From: Candidatus Dadabacteria bacterium
GTDB taxonomy: Bacteria; Desulfobacterota_D; UBA1144; Nemesobacterales; UBA2774
DNA: 36,640 nt
Direction of reading: 5' to 3'
Assembly (NCBI GenBank): GCA_050247635.1
Contig: JBFWTW010000003.1
Location: 1 to 36,640, forward strand
The notes under the pieces are model-generated. The model was given only the letters and a program-made list of their open reading frames with translations, did no database searches and had not been told where the DNA came from. The translations under genes and the position numbers were made by a program. Position 1 is the stretch's first letter; every line of letters begins with the position of its first letter. Positions 18,808 to 26,215 of the stretch are shown one piece after another.

Positions 18808-19236
18808 ATGAAAACGGACAAACGACACACGGCTCACATTATGACTTTAGCCCTTTTAGCAGTTCTTCTCGGCGGACTGTTATCTATTTCGTGCAGGGAA
18901 TACACGGGTAAGGAAAAGGAAAATGTCGTGAGGGTAAAGCTCTCGGAGTACGACATGGAGCTTTTAAACGAGAAGCCGATCGGGCCGGGCCTTACTGTCT
19001 TTGAGGTTACGAACGAGGGCGAAAAGGAGCACAGCTTCGTTATCGAGGGGCTGGACGTCATGCAGAGGCTGGAAGAGAACTTAAAACCCGGCGAAACGAG
19101 GACTATCAGCGTTGAGCTCAAGCCCTCGGGATATAACATCTACTGCCCGATAGACAATCACAAGAACATGGGGATGGCGAGCGTTATACGGATAACGGAG
19201 CCCGGCGGGAAGGATGACAAATCCGGATTATACTAG
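18808..19236 (+). CDS. Cupredoxin-domain lipoprotein with a predicted type-1 copper site
   Basis: AGGAG RBS; lipobox SISC; NEGEKEHSF and YCPIDNHKNMGM give a His/Cys/His/Met ligand set. Confidence 0.85.
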   Translation: MKTDKRHTAHIMTLALLAVLLGGLLSISCREYTGKEKENVVRVKLSEYDMELLNEKPIGPGLTVFEVTNEGEKEHSFVIEGLDVMQRLEENLKPGETRTISVELKPSGYNIYCPIDNHKNMGMASVIRITEPGGKDDKSGLY

Positions 19237-19276
19237 CCCGCGCCCTCACAGGGGAGAGCGGGAAGGAGCGAGCAAC

Positions 19277-19504
19277 ATGCCTTACGACAGAACATCGGAA
19301 TTACCGGATTCGGTAAAGGATAATCTCCCCAAACATGCGCAGGAGATTTATAAGGAAGCATATAACAGCGCCTGGGACGAGTATAAGGACCCGGACGACA
19401 GGCGCGGGGACGCTTCGCGCGAGGAGGTCGCGCACAAAGTGGCCTGGGCGGCCGTGAAAAACAAGTATGAGAAGAAAGACGGCAAATGGGTGAAGAAGGG
19501 CTGA
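19277..19504 (+). CDS. chaB: ChaB family protein
   Basis: MPY...LPDSVKDNLPKHAQEIYKEAYNSAW...REEVAHKVAWAAVK; AGGAG RBS before ATG 19277. Confidence 0.93.
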   Translation: MPYDRTSELPDSVKDNLPKHAQEIYKEAYNSAWDEYKDPDDRRGDASREEVAHKVAWAAVKNKYEKKDGKWVKKG

Positions 19505-19779
19505 CCTTCTTTCGTGGAAATCCGGCCGGGTTTTTTCGGGTGCGGCCGTCCGCTGTCTGATCGGGCGGGATCTTTGCGCCTGTTAGGATTTAGACGGATA
19601 GGCCGGTGTGTGACTGTTTCCTCTCCAAAAATTCAATAGAATTCGCATATTAGAACATTCGCTATTTCACCTTGCCGGCTGGCGTCCCGGCCTCGGCCAG
19701 TCCCGCGTTTACGCGGAAAATGACAACCGCCAAAGTTGTGATAACGTTATTTTTACCTTCTACGTAAGCGAGGCGCGCC

Positions 19780-21432
19780 ATGACCGTTATTGAACAAAGA
19801 TCCGAACGGGACCAAGTGGCTTTCCCGGAGCTTTCCGAAACACAGATTGCCATAATCGCCGGCTTTGCCGGAAAAAGGACCTTCGCTGCCGGCGAAACCT
19901 TGTTCGCAGCGGGCGAGTCGGATTTTAAATTTTATGTCGTCATAAGCGGCGAGGTAGAGATTATCGACGATTCGAGCTGCGAGTATAAAACAGTCGTGGT
20001 TCACCAGGCGGGCGAGTTCACGGGCGACATAGACATGCTCACGGGCCGACCGGCCGTTGTCAGCGCCATTGCCCGTACGGACTGCGAGGTGTATGAGATG
20101 TCGGCGGTTGATCTGAGAAAGCTCCTCGGCGAGGTGCCGTTCATAGGCGACGTTCTACTTCGCGGTTTTCTGATGCGCCGCCAGCTGCTGCTCGAATCGG
20201 GCTTCGTCGGGGTTCGGGTGGTAGGCTCGCGCTATTGCAAGGACACACACAGGATACGAGAGTTTTTGTCGAGGAATTTCGTCCCCTTCAAATGGCTCGA
20301 CCTCGAGAACGATCCCCACGTAAACGAGCTTCTGGAGCATTTTAACGTTTCGGTCGATGACACGCCGGTCGTCGTATGCCCCGACTGCTCGATGTTTAAA
20401 AATCCTTCGAACGTGGCGCTCGCCGAATGCCTCGGCATAAGGAGGGCTGTCTCGCAGGAGGTCTTCGACCTGGTCATAGTCGGCGCGGGGCCCGCCGGGC
20501 TCGCAGCCGCGGTTTACGGGGCTTCGGACGGGCTCAGGACGCTTCTCGTGGACAGCCTCGGCCCGGGAGGACAGGCCGGCACGAGCTCCAAGATCGAAAA
20601 TTACGTTGGATTCCCGGACGGCCTTTCGGGGAGCGATCTTGCGCAGAGGGCCCTTATACAGGCACAGAAGTTCGGCGCTGTGCTCTCGATGCCGACGGAG
20701 GTTTCAAGCCTGGTTTGCGATAACGGGTGCCACAAGCTGAATCTATCGGACGGGGCCGAGGTGCAGGCGAAGAGCATACTCATCTCGACGGGCGCCAGAT
20801 ACAAAAAGCTCGGCGTCGAGGGGTGCGAGCGTTTCGAAAGCTCGGGGGTCTACTATGCGGCTACCGTCGTCGAGGCCCAGATGTGCAGCGGATCGCAGGT
20901 CGTGGTCGTCGGCGGGGGCAACTCGGCCGGGCAGGCCGCAGTGTTTCTCTCGGGCTCCACAAGAAAGGTTATAGTAGCCATAAGGGGCGACGACCTCGGA
21001 AAGAGCATGTCCGAATATCTTGTCCGCAGAATCGAGCAGAGCCCGAACATAGAGGTCAGGTACCGGACCGAGGTATCGGGCGTCAGCGGCGACTGGTGGC
21101 TCGAGACGGTCGATCTCACCAACATTGAAACAGGCGAGCGCGAAACCGTGGAATGCCCGGGGCTCTTCGTTTTCATCGGGGCAATCCCCCATACGGGATG
21201 GCTCGACGGATCGGTAGCACTCGACAAAAAGGGGTTCGTCCTTACCGGAGGACTCGCGAACGATTCCGGGAAATGGCATCTTCCGCGAAGGCCGTTCCTT
21301 CTCGAAACGACGCGCCCGGGCATACTCGCGGCAGGGGACGTGAGGCTCGGGTCCGTGAAGAGGGTGGCGTCCGCGGTGGGCGAAGGCGCCATGGCGGTAC
21401 AGTTCGTACACGAAGTTCTAAAATCGGCTTAG
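19780..21432 (+). CDS. Cyclic-nucleotide-binding domain, glutaredoxin-like linker and thioredoxin-reductase-like flavoprotein
   Basis: cNMP domain (GETLF...GEFTGD); GAGPAG, GGQAGTSSKIENYVGFP, GGGNSAGQAA and AAGDVR...KRVASAVGEG. Confidence 0.9.
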   Translation: MTVIEQRSERDQVAFPELSETQIAIIAGFAGKRTFAAGETLFAAGESDFKFYVVISGEVEIIDDSSCEYKTVVVHQAGEFTGDIDMLTGRPAVVSAIARTDCEVYEMSAVDLRKLLGEVPFIGDVLLRGFLMRRQLLLESGFVGVRVVGSRYCKDTHRIREFLSRNFVPFKWLDLENDPHVNELLEHFNVSVDDTPVVVCPDCSMFKNPSNVALAECLGIRRAVSQEVFDLVIVGAGPAGLAAAVYGASDGLRTLLVDSLGPGGQAGTSSKIENYVGFPDGLSGSDLAQRALIQAQKFGAVLSMPTEVSSLVCDNGCHKLNLSDGAEVQAKSILISTGARYKKLGVEGCERFESSGVYYAATVVEAQMCSGSQVVVVGGGNSAGQAAVFLSGSTRKVIVAIRGDDLGKSMSEYLVRRIEQSPNIEVRYRTEVSGVSGDWWLETVDLTNIETGERETVECPGLFVFIGAIPHTGWLDGSVALDKKGFVLTGGLANDSGKWHLPRRPFLLETTRPGILAAGDVRLGSVKRVASAVGEGAMAVQFVHEVLKSA

Positions 21433-21445
21433 ACGGAGGAACGCG

Positions 21446-21706
21446 ATGGCCAAGGAATGCACGCATCTCGATCAGATAATTGAAGTAGTCCCGAGCTCGG
21501 ACGGATGTGAGGAATGTCTTCAGACGGGGGACAGCTGGGTACATCTGAGGCTGTGCCTTTCGTGCGGCCACGTCGGATGCTGCGACGCCTCCAAGAACAA
21601 GCACGCGACCAAGCATTACACGAAAACGAGCCATCCCATAATTCGCTCCTTCGAGCCGGGCGAGTCGTGGCTCTGGTGCTACCCGGACCAGCTTTTCATG
21701 GAATAA
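21446..21706 (+). CDS. Stand-alone UBP-type zinc finger protein
   Basis: CTHL, CEEC, WVHLRLCLSCGHVGCCD, HATKH and WLWCYPD. Confidence 0.93.
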   Translation: MAKECTHLDQIIEVVPSSDGCEECLQTGDSWVHLRLCLSCGHVGCCDASKNKHATKHYTKTSHPIIRSFEPGESWLWCYPDQLFME

Positions 21707-21719
21707 CGCAGCGTTTTAC

Positions 21720-21759
21720 AGTCCACCTTTATACATCGGCCGCTGTCTAATATTAAACA
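21720..21759. promoter_or_regulatory. Tandem upstream activator boxes, pair 2
   Basis: AGT-ccacctttat-ACA (21720) and TGT-ctaatattaa-ACA (21744); 24-bp offset. Confidence 0.72.
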
Positions 21760-21844
21760 TCTCCGTTCCGGGGGCGACTCCCGGGGCCCAGCTCTTCTGC
21801 TCCAACCTCCTGCAATATCGACATATTCGGAAATTCCCTGAAAA

Positions 21845-21859
21845 TGGCATGCATTTTGC
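21845..21859 (+). promoter_or_regulatory. Sigma54 -24/-12 promoter for the csbD operon
   Basis: TGGCAT-GCATT-TTGC. Confidence 0.85.
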
Positions 21860-21945
21860 GATTAATGCTCTCATAATCGCTTTCCTCCGCGGGCGCAGCG
21901 GCGCCGGGACGGGGCGGTAAAAAAAATATTCAGGAGGCTATTTAT

Positions 21946-22143
21946 ATGAATTGGGATCAGATAGAAGGCAACTGGAAACAGGTTAAGGGAAAGGCTAAAG
22001 AACAGTGGGGCAAGCTGACGGACGACGATCTCGACATTATAAGCGGCAAGCGCGATCAGCTGGTCGGCAAGCTGCAGGAGAGATACGGATACTCGAAGGA
22101 ACAGGCCGAAAAGCTCGCTGACGACTGGTCGAGCAGGCACTGA
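21946..22143 (+). CDS. csbD: CsbD/YjbJ family general stress protein
   Basis: MNWDQIEGNWKQVKGKAKEQWGKLTDDDL...GKLQERYG; AGGAGG RBS. Confidence 0.95.
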   Translation: MNWDQIEGNWKQVKGKAKEQWGKLTDDDLDIISGKRDQLVGKLQERYGYSKEQAEKLADDWSSRH

Positions 22144-22178
22144 TTTAAGGCGGGCCTATTTTTACCCCATATCTCACG

Positions 22179-22215
22179 CCGCCCCTTCCCTCAAGCGGGA
22201 TGGGGCGGTCCTTTT
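22179..22215 (+). terminator. GC-rich hairpin after csbD (terminator or mRNA stabiliser)
   Basis: ccgcccc-t-tccc / ggga-t-ggggcgg stem followed by tcctttt. Confidence 0.55.
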
Positions 22216-22252
22216 CCGTAACTTGTTTGATAACGAATAATGGAGGGAAATC

Positions 22253-22405
22253 ATGGGACTGATATTGTTGATAATACTCGTGCTGCTTTTGATTGGGGCG
22301 CTTCCGACGTGGGGTTACAGCAGGGAGTGGGGCTATTTCCCCGGAGGCATACTCGGGACCGTGCTTATAATCGTCCTGATATTGCTGCTTTTGGGATACT
22401 TATAA
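22253..22405 (+). CDS. DUF3309 family small membrane protein (50 aa)
   Basis: Translated by hand: MGLILLIILVLLLIGALPTWGYSREWGYFPGGILGTVLIIVLILLLLGYL; GGAGG RBS; below the ORF track cut-off. Confidence 0.9.
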   Translation: MGLILLIILVLLLIGALPTWGYSREWGYFPGGILGTVLIIVLILLLLGYL

Positions 22406-22420
22406 AAGGAGTGAGCCGAA

Positions 22421-22930
22421 ATGAAAAAGGAAACACTTAGAGAGCTGTTCAAGAGCGACCTCGAATACCTTTACGACGCCGAAAAAGAGCTCATCGATGC
22501 ATTGCCGATGATGTCCGATGCGGCAGCGACGCCGGAGCTCCGAAACATTTTCCTGGAGCATCTCGAAAGGAGTAACCAGCAGCTCGGCAGGCTGGAGGAG
22601 ATCTTCGGCAATCTGGGTATGGATCCTTCGGGCAGGAAGAGCCGCGGAATCGGCGGACTCATAGCCGAGGGGAAGGAGCTCGTCGAAAAGGGCGAAGAAC
22701 TTCCGGCCGGCGTGCTGGACGTGTCGCTTATCGCCGCCGCCCGAAGGGTAGGGCATTACGAGATCGCCGCCTACGGGACCCTGGCCGCTTACGCGAAGCT
22801 CCTCGGCGACAAAAAATCCGCCGAGCTTCTGGATAAGACCCTGAATGAGGAGGAAGAGGCGGACAGGGAATTCATCCGCCTGGCAGTGGAGAGGGCCAAC
22901 CCCGGGGCCTCCGCCGTCGGCAGGGGCTGA
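22421..22930 (+). CDS. yciF: Ferritin-like DUF892 / YciF family protein
   Basis: LYDAEKEL...HLE...RLEEIF...GLIAEG...HYEIAAYGTL...TLNEEEEAD. Confidence 0.9.
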   Translation: MKKETLRELFKSDLEYLYDAEKELIDALPMMSDAAATPELRNIFLEHLERSNQQLGRLEEIFGNLGMDPSGRKSRGIGGLIAEGKELVEKGEELPAGVLDVSLIAAARRVGHYEIAAYGTLAAYAKLLGDKKSAELLDKTLNEEEEADREFIRLAVERANPGASAVGRG

Positions 22931-22956
22931 GCCAAGCGCCCTGGTGGTGGCTGACC

Positions 22957-23382
22957 ATGAAATCCGCATCGGTATTCACCCGCTTCTCGAAGCGGGTCTC
23001 GCAGGCTGTCGCGCATCCCGCGGCGTTTGCAGCGGCGCTGGGCATTGTCGTAATCTGGAGCGCTACGGGGCCGCTCGTCGGATGGAGCGACACGTGGCAG
23101 CTTGTCATAAACACCGGAACGACGATAGTCACCTTCCTGATGGTGTTCCTGATACAGAACACGCAGAACAGGGATACGGCCGCGATGCAGGTTAAGCTCG
23201 ACGAGCTTATCCGTGCGATAGATGGGGCGCACAACGCGCTTTTAGACCTCGAAGAGCTAGACGAAAAGGAGCTCGAAGCCATAAGGGAACAGTATGAAAC
23301 GCTCGCCCGGGAGGCGAGGGAGAGGCTCGATCAGAGGTCACGGAACGGTGTTCCCGGAGCGCCCGAAGGCGTGAAAAATTAA
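22957..23382 (+). CDS. Low-affinity iron permease family protein (Fet4-like)
   Basis: SDTWQLVINTGTTIVTFLMVFLIQNTQNRD...KLDELI. Confidence 0.92.
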   Translation: MKSASVFTRFSKRVSQAVAHPAAFAAALGIVVIWSATGPLVGWSDTWQLVINTGTTIVTFLMVFLIQNTQNRDTAAMQVKLDELIRAIDGAHNALLDLEELDEKELEAIREQYETLAREARERLDQRSRNGVPGAPEGVKN

Positions 23383-23387
23383 GAGGC

Positions 23388-24446
23388 TTATTCCCGGGCT
23401 TCTTCTATTTTTTCGGCGGCTTCTTTTTTGTCATTGCCGTTCGCCTCGTATTTATTATCCGACTGCTCTTCTTTTCTGCCGGGCTCGTAGCTGAGCTCTG
23501 CGTATATGGGATAATGGTCGGAGCCTATGTCCTGCAAGGTTTCGAGCGTGACGAACCTGAAATATTCCGTGACGAATATGTGGTCTAGCGGGAAGCGTAG
23601 AAACGGCCACCTTACGTGAAACGTATTGAAGAACCCCCTTCCTATCCTCGGGTCGAGCATGCCGCTTATCTTGAGGAAGAGTAGGGTCGTATGAGACCAG
23701 GCGACGTCGTTCAGGTCGCCGGCGACGAGGGTCGGTTTCCTGGATTCCTTGACGCGCTTTCCCACTATCAGGAGCTCCGCGTCCCTTTCGGTCGTATCGC
23801 TCGAGTATTTCGGATTAGGCGGATTCGGGTGCAGGCAGTAGAACTCGACCGGCTCCCCGGACCTTAGCTCGAGCACTGCGAAAACGGACGGCACGTAATC
23901 CTCGACGAGAAAGTCGACCCCGATCCCCCTCGGTTTCAGCCTCGTATAGAAAATCATACCGTAGCCTTTGTCGTCCCGATGCCGGGCCGAGTAGGGGTAG
24001 TCCGCTTCGAGGGGGGAGAGCTTTTCATCCCACCACTCGTCGGGCTCGAGTATGCATATGACGTCCGGATCCTTTTCACGGACGAGCCTGAGAAACCTCT
24101 CATAATCCCTGTTATCTCTGTAGATATTGGATACCAGAACGCTGATCTTTCTGTCGGGGCCCTTTTCGCGCGAGCCGAGCACCTGCTTTCTCGCAAGGCG
24201 AGTGTACGGGAACATCCGCGATACCTGGTATGCGACGGACGCCAGCAGCATGAGGAGTACAAGGTTGTCGCCGAGGCCGCGCTCTTTATAGAGAAGGGAG
24301 TAGAAGGCTATTGTCAGCGCCCCGCCGGCCGCTATCTGCGCCCGCGGGAAATCGAATATCCTTATCCACCAGGCTTCGTGTTTGAGAAGGGGCAGCAATG
24401 TGGCGATTATGAAAATGCATGCCAGGGCGAGAAGAGCGATCTGCAT
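23388..24446 (-). CDS. Membrane-anchored endonuclease/exonuclease/phosphatase (EEP) family protein
   Basis: N-terminal TMs with WWIRIFDFPR; AGDLNDVAWS, PLDHIF and GSDHYP. Confidence 0.9.
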   Translation of the reverse strand: MQIALLALACIFIIATLLPLLKHEAWWIRIFDFPRAQIAAGGALTIAFYSLLYKERGLGDNLVLLMLLASVAYQVSRMFPYTRLARKQVLGSREKGPDRKISVLVSNIYRDNRDYERFLRLVREKDPDVICILEPDEWWDEKLSPLEADYPYSARHRDDKGYGMIFYTRLKPRGIGVDFLVEDYVPSVFAVLELRSGEPVEFYCLHPNPPNPKYSSDTTERDAELLIVGKRVKESRKPTLVAGDLNDVAWSHTTLLFLKISGMLDPRIGRGFFNTFHVRWPFLRFPLDHIFVTEYFRFVTLETLQDIGSDHYPIYAELSYEPGRKEEQSDNKYEANGNDKKEAAEKIEEARE

Positions 24447-24570
24447 TCGGCTGGTATCTCCTTTTAGATAATGATGATGTCATGCAAAAGATGTGTATTC
24501 AACAACTTTTCTTCCCCGCTGGATAAATCGCCGCGGCGGTGCGCGAGCGATGCGGCCCGCCGTGGGCAGC

Positions 24571-24610
24571 TGTTCAATATTCAACAATCGGCATTGTCAT
24601 CTTCACTACA
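24571..24610. promoter_or_regulatory. Tandem upstream activator boxes, pair 3
   Basis: TGT-tcaatattca-ACA (24571) and TGT-catcttcact-ACA (24595); 24-bp offset. Confidence 0.78.
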
Positions 24611-24696
24611 ATATCCCTGTCACCGGGATGCCGTGCACCGAAAAAAAGCCTCGTAAGCACCCATTATGCTTATATTATTACCCCATTTTATCTCAG

Positions 24697-24711
24697 TGGT
24701 ACGGATATTGC
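24697..24711 (+). promoter_or_regulatory. Sigma54 -24/-12 promoter for the YHS-BON operon
   Basis: TGGTAC-GGATA-TTGC. Confidence 0.8.
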
Positions 24712-24758
24712 CCCTTAACCAGGCATAAGTAAAATCCGGTTAAACGGAGGTATCGATC

Positions 24759-25118
24759 ATGACTAGATTTAAATCACACTGCGTCGTATGCGGACGCGAA
24801 ATAGAAGATGTAGTAAGGCAATCGTACGAAGGCGAGGAATATCACTTCTGCTGTGAAAAATGCAGAATGGAATTCCTGAGCGATCCTGAAAAATATGCCG
24901 CGAAGATAAGCCGCCCGGAACACGGACAGGAGGCCCATGGGGCCATCAAGTGCTCGGTCTGCGGCGAGAAGGTTTCCGAGGAAGTGGCGGTGCAGCAGGA
25001 ATACCGCGAGGAGCAGTCGGACGAGAAATATTACTTCTGCTGCGAAAAGCACAGGATTGAATTCATCGCAGACCCGATGACGTACAAGGGACTTTCGGGG
25101 AAGCACGTTACCCCCTGA
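24759..25118 (+). CDS. Tandem YHS/TRASH metal-binding domain protein
   Basis: CVVCG...YHFCCEKC...DPEKY and CSVCG...YYFCCEKH...DPMTY; GGAGG RBS. Confidence 0.85.
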   Translation: MTRFKSHCVVCGREIEDVVRQSYEGEEYHFCCEKCRMEFLSDPEKYAAKISRPEHGQEAHGAIKCSVCGEKVSEEVAVQQEYREEQSDEKYYFCCEKHRIEFIADPMTYKGLSGKHVTP

Positions 25119-25151
25119 TTCGAAATAAAATCACGATTAAGGAGGCGCAAC

Positions 25152-25472
25152 ATGTTTAAGAAGAGCCTGATTGCTATGATGGGAATATTCATGCTGATTG
25201 CGGCATATGCCTGCGACGGCGACAAGACGACCGGCGAGGTTATAGACGACACCGTTATAACCTCGACGGTTAAGACGAAGCTCCTGGCCGATTCCGGTGT
25301 CAGCGGTTTTGACATCGACGTCGACACCGACGAGGGAATCGTCGAGCTTAACGGGATTGTGAGCACGGAAGCCGAATCCCAAAAGGCCGAATCGATAGCC
25401 GAGGACGTTGACGGCGTCGTTTCGGTAAAGAACAACCTTACGGTGGACTCATCCACGGCGGACTCTATGTAG
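25152..25472 (+). CDS. Single BON-domain (OsmY-like) lipoprotein
   Basis: Lipobox AYAC; IDDTVITSTVKTKL...IDVDTDEGIVELNG...VDGVVSVKNNL. Confidence 0.92.
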   Translation: MFKKSLIAMMGIFMLIAAYACDGDKTTGEVIDDTVITSTVKTKLLADSGVSGFDIDVDTDEGIVELNGIVSTEAESQKAESIAEDVDGVVSVKNNLTVDSSTADSM

Positions 25473-25498
25473 CCGGGGATTAATAACAGGAGGCGGCA

Positions 25499-25633
25499 AT
25501 GCAGCTCAATCTGGAACTGACACCGGTAGTATCGCTGATTGCGGGAGTTCTGATTCTGATATTCCCACGAATACTCAACTACGTGATAGCGATATACCTG
25601 ATAATCATAGGTATTCTCGGCCTCGTCGGCTGA
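25499..25633 (+). CDS. DUF3096 family small membrane protein (44 aa)
   Basis: Translated by hand: MQLNLELTPVVSLIAGVLILIFPRILNYVIAIYLIIIGILGLVG; AGGAGG RBS. Confidence 0.9.
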   Translation: MQLNLELTPVVSLIAGVLILIFPRILNYVIAIYLIIIGILGLVG

Positions 25634-25667
25634 GAAACGGAAAGATAAACACATGAGGAAACATAAG

Positions 25668-25829
25668 ATGACGAAACTTAGACGATTTCTTTTCCTTGTA
25701 CTCCTCGGGATTTCGGCCGCAGGCATTTATGCATGCCCCGATAACGACGGGCCCGCCGAAAGAGCCGGGGAGCGAATTGATGACGCCGCCGAAGATGTAG
25801 GCGACAAGATGGAAGACGCTGCGGATTAG
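25668..25829 (+). CDS. Small acidic helical lipoprotein (53 aa)
   Basis: Translated by hand: MTKLRRFLFLVLLGISAAGIYAC-PDNDGPAERAGERIDDAAEDVGDKMEDAAD; GAGGA RBS; lipobox IYAC. Confidence 0.82.
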   Translation: MTKLRRFLFLVLLGISAAGIYACPDNDGPAERAGERIDDAAEDVGDKMEDAAD

Positions 25830-26001
25830 GAAAGACAAGCAGTTTATAACAAATGGCTGAATGCAGTAAAAGTGGACGGCTTGGCGTAACAACCGGTTGA
25901 GACGACAGGAGAGAGGGTGGATGGATATGACGAATATCGAACCTGCTCTCTTCGTCTCGCCGGCCGCCTGAAAAAGAAAATAAAGCGAGGAGGTGTTTAA
26001 C

Positions 26002-26163
26002 ATGCTGCACTGGACTCTGGTTTTTCTGGTGATTGCGATAATAGCGGCAGTGCTGGGGTTCTCCGGAATAGCGGGGGCTGCGGCGGGTATAGCCAAGATT
26101 CTGTTTATCGTATTTCTGGTGATATTTATAGTTTCACTGATATTCGGCAGACGCGCAGTTTAG
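26002..26163 (+). CDS. ytjA: DUF1328 / YtjA family small membrane protein (53 aa)
   Basis: Translated by hand: [53 protein letters not shown]; AGGAGGT RBS. Confidence 0.92.
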   Translation: MLHWTLVFLVIAIIAAVLGFSGIAGAAAGIAKILFIVFLVIFIVSLIFGRRAV

Positions 26164-26180
26164 ATTAAGGGAACCGATCG

Positions 26181-26215
26181 AGGCGGGAGCGGGTGACGAA
26201 CAAATCCGCCCGCCT
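26181..26215. terminator. Hairpin between convergent genes
   Basis: aggcgg-ga-gcgg ... ccgc-ccgcct imperfect inverted repeat; no T tract. Confidence 0.4.

Noticed and set aside
24483-24498. Minus-strand sigma54-like element for the EEP gene (ATACAC-ATCTT-TTGCA)
   Set aside because: The -12 element is good but the invariant -24 GG is missing; at most a decayed promoter
25917-26000. Tiny ORFs after an AGGAG (27 aa from GTG 25917; 16 aa from ATG 25921)
   Set aside because: No recognisable features; cannot be distinguished from chance
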